DNA of 38,423 nucleotides from Gemmatimonadaceae bacterium (GTDB lineage Bacteria > Gemmatimonadota > Gemmatimonadetes > Gemmatimonadales > Gemmatimonadaceae), in assembly GCA_044224875.1 (NCBI GenBank), contig JBGAJQ010000051.1, forward strand, positions 1-38,423, written 5' to 3'. The notes beneath the pieces were generated by a model. It ran no database searches, was not told the origin of the DNA, and saw only the letters and a list, made by a program, of their open reading frames with translations. This document shows, in pieces, positions 30,646 through 38,423 of the stretch (the stretch's first letter is position 1; each line of letters begins with the position of its first letter). The translations under genes were made by a program, and so were the position numbers.

Positions 30646-31665
30646 TTGGCGCGCATCGCGCTGGACGCGATGGGGGGCGATTTTGCCCCCGACGCTACAG
30701 TCGCCGGGGCGCTTCTCGCGCTTCACGAACTGGGTTCTGATCACATCCTCCAACTCGTCGGGCAGGTGGAGGTCATCCAGCGTCAGCTGGAGGCCCACTT
30801 GGCCGGGGCGTATTCAGCCATGCGTGTCCATCGCGATCGCATCGAGATGGTTGAGGCACCGGAAGTGATCGACATGTCGGAGAAGCCGAGTGCTGCGCTC
30901 CGCGGAAAGCCGCAGAGTTCCATGCACGTGGGGCTGCGCCTTCAGGTCGACGGCCGCTCCGATGCCTTCGTGTCGGCGGGAAATACCGGAGCCCAGATGG
31001 CAGTGTCCACCTTGGTGCTTCGCATGCACCAGGGTCTGAATCGGCCAGCGATCAGCACGGTGTTTCCCACGGCGCGCCAGTCGGTCGTGGTGCTCGATTC
31101 TGGCGCCAACGTCGACTGCAACGCGCATGAGCTGGTCCAATTCGCCCGGCTCGGGGCCGTGTATGCGGAGGACATCCTCGGCCGCAATGACCCTGTCATT
31201 GGCTTGCTGAGCATTGGCGAGGAGCCCGAGAAGGGGAACTCCGTGACCAAGGAAGCGCATCAGCTGCTCCTCCAGTCCGGACTGAACTTCCAGGGAAACG
31301 TGGAGGGTCGAGACATCCCGTTAGGCGCCAGCGATCGCGGACCCATCGACGTGGTGGTGTGCGATGGATTTGTTGGCAACGTGCTGCTCAAGTTTTACGA
31401 GGGCATAGCGCCCATGATTCTGGGCATGCTGCGCGAGCGTGCGGGACTCTCGCGGGAACAACTCGCTCCAGCCTTCAAGCACCTGGACTATTCCGAGGTC
31501 GGAGGTGCACCGCTGCTGGGCGTGAAAGGGGTGAGCATCATCTCTCACGGAAAATCGAGTGCCAAGGCCATTCGCAGCGCGATCGGGGTAGCCATCCGAG
31601 CCGTCGAGTCGCGCATGAATGAGCACATTGGGCGCCGTCTGTCGGAGAACGGAGCGGCATCATGA
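30646..31665 (+). CDS. plsX: Phosphate acyltransferase PlsX
   Basis: IALDAMGGDFAP, VSAGNTGA, RPAI, LDSGANVD, IGEEPEKG, VCDGFVGNVLLK, GGAPLLGVKG..SHGKS. Confidence 0.96.
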   Translation: MARIALDAMGGDFAPDATVAGALLALHELGSDHILQLVGQVEVIQRQLEAHLAGAYSAMRVHRDRIEMVEAPEVIDMSEKPSAALRGKPQSSMHVGLRLQVDGRSDAFVSAGNTGAQMAVSTLVLRMHQGLNRPAISTVFPTARQSVVVLDSGANVDCNAHELVQFARLGAVYAEDILGRNDPVIGLLSIGEEPEKGNSVTKEAHQLLLQSGLNFQGNVEGRDIPLGASDRGPIDVVVCDGFVGNVLLKFYEGIAPMILGMLRERAGLSREQLAPAFKHLDYSEVGGAPLLGVKGVSIISHGKSSAKAIRSAIGVAIRAVESRMNEHIGRRLSENGAAS

Positions 31666-32651
31666 AGCGTCCTGTCGCCTACATCGCGGGCATCGGCAAG
31701 TTCGCCCCGCGACGCATCATGAAGAACGAGGACTTTGCCGCGTTAGGCCTGGAGACCGACGACGCGTGGATCGTCCAGCGCACCGGCATTCGAGAGCGTC
31801 GCATCGCCAGCGCGGACGAGACCAATACGAGCATGTCCGAACAGGCGTCTCGCATTGCGATGGAGCGAGCGGGCGTGACAGCCGGCGAGATCGACGTGAT
31901 CGTGTTGGGAACGGCGTCGCCAGACCGCCTTCTCCCCGCGACCGCGGTGGAGCTGCAGGCAGTGCTCGGTGCCAAGCGTGCCGCCGCGTTTGACGTCTCC
32001 GCAGCCTGCTCCTCATTCCTGTACGGATTGATCGTCGCAGAAGGGTTGATGCAGAGCGGGAACGCGGCAACATGCCTCGTCGTGGGAACGGAAAAGCTCA
32101 GCGCAATCGTGGACTGGAAGGATCGGTCGACGTGCGTGTTGTTCGGCGATGGCGCCGGCGCTGCCGTGCTCAAGAAGTCGCGCGGAGGGAAGGGCATCCT
32201 GTCCACCTATTTCCGCAGCGACGGCACCCTCGCCGACCTGCTACATCGTCCGGCTGGTGGAGCTGCCGAGCCATTCGACGAAAAGGCCCTTCACGATCGG
32301 TCGTTCTACATCAAGATGGAAGGACGCGAGGTGTTCCGGCATGCCGTCCGTTCCATGACCGAAGCAACCGATCGGGCGCTCGACGGGGCGAAGCTGACGG
32401 GGGCGGATATCGACTTGCTCATTCCGCACCAGGCCAACATCCGGATCATCGAGGCGACCGCCAAGCACGCTGGCATTCCGATGGACAAGGTGTTTGTCAA
32501 CGTCGATCGGTACGGCAATACCTCATCGGCCTCGGTGGCGATCGCGCTCGAGGAAGCGATGTCCAGCGGCCGAATCACTGAGGGGATGAACGTCCTGCTC
32601 GTCGCGTTTGGCGCCGGGTTCACGTGGGCGTCCGTGGTCCTGCGGTTCTAG
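31662..32651 (+). CDS. fabH: 3-oxoacyl-ACP synthase III
   Basis: WIVQRTGIRERR, AACSSF (catalytic Cys), FGDGAGA, PHQANIRI, GNTSSAS. Confidence 0.96.
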   Translation: MKRPVAYIAGIGKFAPRRIMKNEDFAALGLETDDAWIVQRTGIRERRIASADETNTSMSEQASRIAMERAGVTAGEIDVIVLGTASPDRLLPATAVELQAVLGAKRAAAFDVSAACSSFLYGLIVAEGLMQSGNAATCLVVGTEKLSAIVDWKDRSTCVLFGDGAGAAVLKKSRGGKGILSTYFRSDGTLADLLHRPAGGAAEPFDEKALHDRSFYIKMEGREVFRHAVRSMTEATDRALDGAKLTGADIDLLIPHQANIRIIEATAKHAGIPMDKVFVNVDRYGNTSSASVAIALEEAMSSGRITEGMNVLLVAFGAGFTWASVVLRF

Positions 32652-32654
32652 GCG

Positions 32655-33602
32655 ATGGATCTGGTGCTGCTATTCCCCGGCCAGGGGTCGCAGAAGCCCG
32701 GTATGGGCAAGGATCTCGCCGCGTCGGTGCCAGCCGCTCGCGACGTGTTCGCCAGCGCCGACGCGGCGTTAGGCGAACCACTTTCCACGCTCTGCTTCGA
32801 GGGGCCGGCCGACGTCCTGACGCAGACGCACAACGCACAACCCGCGCTGCTCACGCATGGCGCCGCGGTCTGGCACGCCGTAGCGGAGCGCGCGCGCGGC
32901 TTTGTGCGCGCCGCCGCCGGTCACAGTCTCGGTGAGTTCACCGCGTGGCATGCCGTCGGGGGCCTGTCGTTGGAGGACGCCGTGCGTCTGGTGCGCCGAC
33001 GCGGGGTCCTCATGTACGAGACAGGTCTGGCCCGACCGGGGACCATGGCCGCGATCCTTGGCGACCCTCCAGAACCCGTTGAGCGGTATTGCGAGCGCGC
33101 GTCAGCTGCACCAGACGGCGGACGCGTCGTGGCCGCGAACTACAACTGCCCAGGACAGGTGGTGATTTCCGGCGAGGTCACCGGCGTCGACAAGGCAATC
33201 GAACTCATGAAAGAGGCCGGGTTCAAGCGCGCCATGAAGCTGAATGTGTCCGGGGCGTTTCACTCGCCGCTGATGACACCGGCGCGGGACGGTCTGGCCG
33301 CCGCCCTCGCCGGCGCCCGCATCGCCGCGCCGTCGGTTCCGGTATACGCAAACGTCACCGCCGCACCTGTCACCGAAAGTGAAGAGGGTCGGCGCCTTCT
33401 GGTGGAACAACTAACGTCACCCGTTCGCTGGACCGAACTGATTCAACGCCTGATCGCGGACTTTCCGAACGCGCTGTTCGTCGAAATGGGTCCGGGCACC
33501 GTGCTCGCTGGCCTCGTCAAGAAGATCGCGCCGTCGGCTCAAACGATGTCGTGTGGAACGGCCGCCGACGTCGACCAACTCCTCGCCCGACTGCCCGCAT
33601 GA
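32655..33602 (+). CDS. fabD: Malonyl-CoA:ACP transacylase
   Basis: LFPGQGSQ, QPAL, GHSLGE, ANYNCPGQVVISG, VSGAFHS, EMGPG. Confidence 0.96.
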   Translation: MDLVLLFPGQGSQKPGMGKDLAASVPAARDVFASADAALGEPLSTLCFEGPADVLTQTHNAQPALLTHGAAVWHAVAERARGFVRAAAGHSLGEFTAWHAVGGLSLEDAVRLVRRRGVLMYETGLARPGTMAAILGDPPEPVERYCERASAAPDGGRVVAANYNCPGQVVISGEVTGVDKAIELMKEAGFKRAMKLNVSGAFHSPLMTPARDGLAAALAGARIAAPSVPVYANVTAAPVTESEEGRRLLVEQLTSPVRWTELIQRLIADFPNALFVEMGPGTVLAGLVKKIAPSAQTMSCGTAADVDQLLARLPA

Positions 33603-34336
33603 AGATTGACCTCACCGGAAGGACCGCCCTCGTGACCGGCAGCACGCGCGGTATCGGTCGCGCGATTGCCCAGGCGCTCGCCAGCGCGGGCGCGCGGGTG
33701 GCCGTGGTGGGACGCGACCAGGCGAAGGCGGAGGAGGTCGCCGCCGCGCTCGGGAACGACGCCCGAGGCTTGGCCTGCGACCTCACAGACGCCGCCGCGG
33801 CCACCGCATTGGTCGATCGCGCAACTCAAGCGATTGGCGGCGTCGATATCCTCGTCAACAATGCCGGGCTCACGCGCGACAACCTGATGTTGCGGATGAC
33901 GGACGAAGACTGGCAAACCGTGATCGATGCCAATCTGCGCGCGGCCTTCCTCACCATGCGCGCGGCCACGCGGTTGATGATGAAGAAGAAGTGGGGACGC
34001 GTCATCAACGTCGCCAGCATCGTCGGCATCGTCGGCAACAAGGGGCAGGCCAACTACGCCGCCAGCAAGGCAGGCCTCATCGGCTTGAGCAAGTCAATCG
34101 CCAAGGAATACGCCTCGCGGAACATCCTGGTCAACGTGATCGCCCCGGGGTTCATCGATACGGACATGACCGCCGCCATGACCCCGGAGGCCAAAACCGC
34201 CATGAGCGCTCAGATTCCGCTTGGCCGCCTCGGGAAGCCCGAGGACGTGGCCGGCCTCGTGGCATTCCTGGCATCCGACCTCTCCGCCTACATCACCGGG
34301 CAGGTACTGGTGGTGGACGGCGGCATGGTGATGTAA
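33599..34336 (+). CDS. fabG: 3-oxoacyl-ACP reductase
   Basis: VTGSTRGIG, NNAGLTRD, GQANYAASKAG, APGFIDTDMT. ATGA overlap with fabD. Confidence 0.96.
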   Translation: MKIDLTGRTALVTGSTRGIGRAIAQALASAGARVAVVGRDQAKAEEVAAALGNDARGLACDLTDAAAATALVDRATQAIGGVDILVNNAGLTRDNLMLRMTDEDWQTVIDANLRAAFLTMRAATRLMMKKKWGRVINVASIVGIVGNKGQANYAASKAGLIGLSKSIAKEYASRNILVNVIAPGFIDTDMTAAMTPEAKTAMSAQIPLGRLGKPEDVAGLVAFLASDLSAYITGQVLVVDGGMVM

Positions 34337-34402
34337 CGCCGACTCGCATCTCTGTTTATCTTTCAGCGACTTCTTTTCAAACCCGTCGAGGGGGAACGAT
34401 CC

Positions 34403-34642
34403 ATGGCTGACCATACCGCAAAGGTGAAGGACATCATCGAGAAGGAACTGGGTGTTGAGCGCGAGAAGCTCACCGATGATGCGAGCTTCATCGAAGATCT
34501 TGGCGCCGACAGCTTGGACATTGTCGAGCTCGTGATGGAGTTCGAGAAGGAGTTCAACATCGACATCCCCGATGAGGATGCCGAGAAGCTCCGCACGGTC
34601 GGCGACGCCCTGAAGTATCTCGGCGAGAAGGTGCCCGCCTAA
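34403..34642 (+). CDS. acpP: Acyl carrier protein
   Basis: [28 protein letters not shown]. Confidence 0.97.
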   Translation: MADHTAKVKDIIEKELGVEREKLTDDASFIEDLGADSLDIVELVMEFEKEFNIDIPDEDAEKLRTVGDALKYLGEKVPA

Positions 34643-35883
34643 TGAAGCGCCGCGTAGTCGTCACGGGGATGGGGGCCGTCACGCCCGTTGGGAACGACGT
34701 GGCGACCACGTGGCAGTCGCTCCTCGACGGCGTGTCCGGCGCCGCCGATATCAAGAAGTTCGACACCAGCAACTTCACGGTGCGGTTCGCCTGTGAGGTG
34801 AAGGATCTGGACCTGTCGTTGTACATGGACAAGAAGGACGCCCGCAAAATGGACCCCTATATCCAGTTTGCGCTGTCGGCATCCGTCATGGCCTACCGCG
34901 ACGCCGGGCTCACCGCCGAGAATTTCGATCCCGACATGGCGGGCGTGGTCATTGGGTCTGGCATCGGCGGACTGCGGACGTTCGAGGAAGAGCACACGGT
35001 TTTCATGCAGCGGGGCCCGAACAAGGTGTCGCCCTTCTTCATCCCGTGGCTCATCGCCGACATGGGCGCTGGTGTGGTCTCCATGCGTCTCGGACTCAAG
35101 GGCCCGAACTACGCCACCGTTTCGGCATGCGCCACGAGCGCTCATGCGTTAGGCGATGCGATGCGACTGGTGCAGTATGGCGACGCCGACATCGTGCTTG
35201 CCGGAGGTACGGAGGCCGCGATCACGCCGATCGGGGTGGCCGGCTTCGCCACCATGCAAGCCATGTCTCGCCGGAATGACAATCCGCAGGCCGCGTCGAG
35301 ACCCTTCGACAAGGAGCGTGACGGCTTCGTGATGGGAGAGGGTGCGGCGACCCTGGTACTGGAGGAGCTGGAGCACGCCAAGCGACGCGGCGCCAAGATC
35401 CTCGCGGAGCTGGTTGGCTACGGCGCCACCGCCGACGCCTACCACTTCACCCAGCCGGCACCGGAAGGAGCTGGGGCGCAGAAGTCCATGAAGCGCGCCA
35501 TGAAGGACGCAGGCGTCGAACCCTCACAGGTTCAGTACATCAACGCCCACGGTACGTCGACGCCGTTCAACGACGCGAATGAGACCACGGCGATCAAGGC
35601 AGTGTTCGGCGAGCATGCCAACGCGGTCAACATCTCGTCGACCAAGTCGTGCACCGGCCATACGCTGGGAGCCGCCGGCGCCATCGAGGCCGTCATCTGT
35701 GTGAAGACGATCCTGGAGGGCGTCATTCCTCCCACGATCAACCTGACGAACCCCGATCCCGTGTGCGACCTCAACTACACGCCTAACAAGCCGGTGAGGC
35801 GCGATGTCGAGGTGGCCCTCTCGAATAGCTTTGGCTTCGGCGGGCACAACGTGACGCTCGCCATCCGCCGTTACCGGGAGTAA
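34642..35883 (+). CDS. fabF: 3-oxoacyl-ACP synthase II
   Basis: RRVVVTGMG, SACATS (Cys), ASRPFDKERDGFVMGEG, INAHGTST, GHTLGAAG, SNSFGFGGHN. Confidence 0.96.
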   Translation: MKRRVVVTGMGAVTPVGNDVATTWQSLLDGVSGAADIKKFDTSNFTVRFACEVKDLDLSLYMDKKDARKMDPYIQFALSASVMAYRDAGLTAENFDPDMAGVVIGSGIGGLRTFEEEHTVFMQRGPNKVSPFFIPWLIADMGAGVVSMRLGLKGPNYATVSACATSAHALGDAMRLVQYGDADIVLAGGTEAAITPIGVAGFATMQAMSRRNDNPQAASRPFDKERDGFVMGEGAATLVLEELEHAKRRGAKILAELVGYGATADAYHFTQPAPEGAGAQKSMKRAMKDAGVEPSQVQYINAHGTSTPFNDANETTAIKAVFGEHANAVNISSTKSCTGHTLGAAGAIEAVICVKTILEGVIPPTINLTNPDPVCDLNYTPNKPVRRDVEVALSNSFGFGGHNVTLAIRRYRE

Positions 35884-35886
35884 GTC

Positions 35887-37050
35887 GTGGCGCATCAGGT
35901 CGAATTGCCCAGCAGCAGCCTCCGCGATCCCGCACTCCTCCCGATCGCCGACAAGCTGGCGCGAGGCGAGCGACTGACATCCGCTGACGCGGTGACCCTG
36001 TACCGATCGCCCGACCTGCTGGGTGTCGGAGCCATGGCGAACGCGGCCAACCTGGCGCGCCACGGGAACGTGGTCACCTTTGCGGCCAATCAGCACATCA
36101 ATCCGACCAATGTGTGCATCCTGCGCAAGACCTGCGTCTTCTGCGGTTACGCGCGTCTGCCAAAGGAAGACGGGGCGTATCGCTACACACTGGAGCAGGT
36201 CCTGGCCGAGGCGGAGCATGCGCGCAACGGCCTAACGCGCGAGTTCCACATTGTAGGCGGCCTCGACATGCAGGCCGGTCTCGAATACTACGCGACGATG
36301 TTCCGCGCCTTGAAGCGCGAACATCCGCAGGTACACATCAAGGCCCTCACGGCCGTCGAGATCGCTCACCTGGCGCGCATCGAGAAGATGTCCTGGTCCG
36401 ACGTGCTCATGGCGCTTCGCGACGCAGGCCTCGACACCTTACCAGGTGGTGGCGCTGAAACGTTCTCCGCCGCGGTCCGGGAGCAGATTGCCGACAAGAA
36501 GCTCGGCGGCGCGGACTACATCGGCGTCCATCGTGCCGCACATCAACTGGGAATCCGTTCGAACTGCACCATGCTGTACGGCCACGTCGAGACGATCGAC
36601 GATCGCGTGCAGCACTTGCAGATGTTGCGCGACCTGCAGGACGAGACTGGCGGCTTTCTCGCCTATATCCCGCTCGCCTATCACCCGGACGACAACGAGC
36701 TAGGCGTTAGGCTCGGCCGTCAAGGACGTTCGTCGACGGGATTCGACGACCTGCGCATGTTGGCGGTCGGCCGCCTGTTCCTGGACAACTTCGACCACGT
36801 GAAGTCGCATTGGATCATGGTCACGCCGGCGCTGTCCCAAACATCACTTCACTTCGGCGTGAATGACCTCGAAGGGACTGTGGTGCGCGAGAAGATCTAT
36901 CATGCCGTCGGGGCGCAAACGCCGCAGGCGATGTCGCTGGATGCCTTGCTGAAGCTCATTCGTGGCGCTGGGAAGACGCCAGCGGAACGCGACTCGTTCT
37001 ACCATATCCTCCGTCGCTTCGACGACGCGATCCCTGCCGAGGCCGCGTAG
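35887..37050 (+). CDS. mqnE: Aminofutalosine synthase MqnE (CofH/MqnE radical SAM family)
   Basis: HINPTNVC..CVFC, EFHIVGG, HIKALTAVEI, LPGGGAE, SNCTMLYGHVET, LRDLQDETGGFLAYIPL, EKIYHAVGA; next to mqnA and mqnC. Confidence 0.88.
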   Translation: MAHQVELPSSSLRDPALLPIADKLARGERLTSADAVTLYRSPDLLGVGAMANAANLARHGNVVTFAANQHINPTNVCILRKTCVFCGYARLPKEDGAYRYTLEQVLAEAEHARNGLTREFHIVGGLDMQAGLEYYATMFRALKREHPQVHIKALTAVEIAHLARIEKMSWSDVLMALRDAGLDTLPGGGAETFSAAVREQIADKKLGGADYIGVHRAAHQLGIRSNCTMLYGHVETIDDRVQHLQMLRDLQDETGGFLAYIPLAYHPDDNELGVRLGRQGRSSTGFDDLRMLAVGRLFLDNFDHVKSHWIMVTPALSQTSLHFGVNDLEGTVVREKIYHAVGAQTPQAMSLDALLKLIRGAGKTPAERDSFYHILRRFDDAIPAEAA

Positions 37051-37908
37051 ATGCGAATCGGGAGGATCCCGTACATCAACTGCTATCCGGTGTATGGCGC
37101 CATCGATCGAGGGGTCGTTCCGCTCGATGGAACGCTCGTCGATGGAGTCCCGAGCGCCCTCAACCGTCAGATGGCCGACGGCACGCTCGACGTGAGCGTC
37201 GTGTCGGCCGTCGAGTATGCGCGTGACTCCGGTCGCTACCTCCTGCTGCCGGACCTCGCCATCTCATGTGATGGCCCGGTCCACTCGGTCATGCTGTTCT
37301 CGCGCGTGCCGGCGGGCGAATTGACGGGCCGGCGCGTGGTGGTGAGCCGCAGCAGCATGACGAGCGTTGCCCTGTTGGAGCTGCTATTTGAGCACGTGTG
37401 GCATGCTCGCCCGGAATTCGTGCCAGGCGACGCGGAGGTCATCGACATCGCCCGCTTCGGCGACGAGCCGCACGATGCCCGGCTGGTGATTGGCGATGCG
37501 GCACTCGTGTTGAGCCAGTTGGCATCCGGCGTCGGTACCGAGCAGAAGGCAGCACCGAGCGAGTATGCGCACGCGTACGATTTGGGCGAAGTGTGGAAGC
37601 GCTGGACCGGCCTCCCGTTCGTCTTTGCCGTCTGGGTCGCTCGGCGGACGCAAGCGGTCGCCGAGTCACTGCGCGCACACGCCAGCCTTATCGCCTCGCG
37701 CGACTGGGGGTTGCAACATCTGCACGAGTTGTCGGTCCAGGCCTCCTCGACCACGTCGGTTCCCGTGGCGACCTGCCGCGCGTATCTCGAGGGGCTGGAC
37801 TACGGACTGTCGTACCCGCACCTGGCTGGACTGACCGAATTCTATCGACGCCTGGTAGAGGCTGGCCGAGTGCCTAACGGCACACTCGCATTTCTGCCTG
37901 CTGCGTAA
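37051..37908 (+). CDS. mqnA: Chorismate dehydratase MqnA (futalosine menaquinone pathway)
   Basis: RIGRIPYINCYP, GVPSALN, ISCDGPVHSV, SSMTSVAL, LVIGDAAL, DLGEVWKRWTGLPFVFAVW. Confidence 0.9.
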   Translation: MRIGRIPYINCYPVYGAIDRGVVPLDGTLVDGVPSALNRQMADGTLDVSVVSAVEYARDSGRYLLLPDLAISCDGPVHSVMLFSRVPAGELTGRRVVVSRSSMTSVALLELLFEHVWHARPEFVPGDAEVIDIARFGDEPHDARLVIGDAALVLSQLASGVGTEQKAAPSEYAHAYDLGEVWKRWTGLPFVFAVWVARRTQAVAESLRAHASLIASRDWGLQHLHELSVQASSTTSVPVATCRAYLEGLDYGLSYPHLAGLTEFYRRLVEAGRVPNGTLAFLPAA

Positions 37909-37932
37909 CCGCGACGGGCCATGGATGGCACT

Positions 37933-38423
37933 ATGACACGCGATCTCCTCGACTTCTACACCAACGCACCGCTCCTCGAACTCGGACTCGAGGCGGATCG
38001 CGTTCGCGCGGCCAAGCACCCGCACAACGTCGTCACATACATCGTCGATCGGAACATCAACTACACGAACGTCTGTGTGGCCGATTGCGGCTTCTGTGCC
38101 TTTTATCGGCGTCCGAAGCACGGGGAAGGGTACACGCTGTCGTTCGAGCAGATTGGAGAGAAGATCGAGGAGACCAAGGCGTTAGGCGGCGTCCAGATCC
38201 TCATCCAGGGAGGACACAATCCGTACATTCCGTTCGACTGGTATCTGGATCTGCTACGGTACATCAAGAAGTACCACCCGATTCACATCCATGGGTTCAG
38301 CCCGAGCGAAGTTGACTTCTTCGCTAAGGTGTTTCGCCTGGAAGCGCGAGAGGTCATTCGCGAATTGCGGAAGGCCGGCCTCGATTCGATCCCGGGCGGC
38401 GGCGGGGAGATCCTGGTGCAGCG
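37933..38423 (+). CDS. mqnC: Cyclic dehypoxanthinyl futalosine synthase MqnC (partial, runs off the window)
   Basis: Hand translation: MTRDLLDFYTNAPLLELG..VTYIVDRNINYTNVCVADCGFCAFYR..QILIQGGHNP..IHGFSPSE..GLDSIPGGGGEIL. Alternative in-frame ATG at 37921. Confidence 0.9.
   Translation, partial: MTRDLLDFYTNAPLLELGLEADRVRAAKHPHNVVTYIVDRNINYTNVCVADCGFCAFYRRPKHGEGYTLSFEQIGEKIEETKALGGVQILIQGGHNPYIPFDWYLDLLRYIKKYHPIHIHGFSPSEVDFFAKVFRLEAREVIRELRKAGLDSIPGGGGEILVQ

Noticed and set aside
6012..38187. Apparent 300-500-bp pairing of GCCTAAC followed by GTTAGGC
   Set aside because: About 5 of 10 such adjacent pairs are under 500 bp. With a mean spacing near 1.2 kb this is compatible with chance.

Overview
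GC-rich (about 65%, estimated by eye) bacterial core-genome window. Gene content and order suggest Gemmatimonadota (inference). Nearly all genes are on the + strand: moaE (end), moaA, mdh, sdhCAB, a secreted carboxypeptidase-regulatory/TonB-plug-like protein, dcd (- strand), a complete nuoA-N operon, PMM/PGM, UPF0182, carbamate kinase, sucCD, ndk, yceD-rpmF-plsX-fabH-fabD-fabG-acpP-fabF and futalosine-pathway genes mqnE-mqnA-mqnC (partial). I found no mobile element, RNA gene or CRISPR array. The most unusual signal is a non-palindromic motif, (C)GTTAGGC/GCCTAAC(G), present at least 32 times by manual count. It occurs on both strands inside housekeeping genes and accounts for most of the rare TTA codons I saw, like a DNA-uptake-sequence, Chi or HIP-type chromosomal signal. 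Other points: a Rex-like operator at the nuo promoter, an 11-bp element at identical spacing upstream of two sigma70 promoters, an mdh lacking its N-terminal GxGxxG motif, an apparent NuoN-PMM fusion best explained by a frameshift, and a CX5CX2C motif in MqnE.
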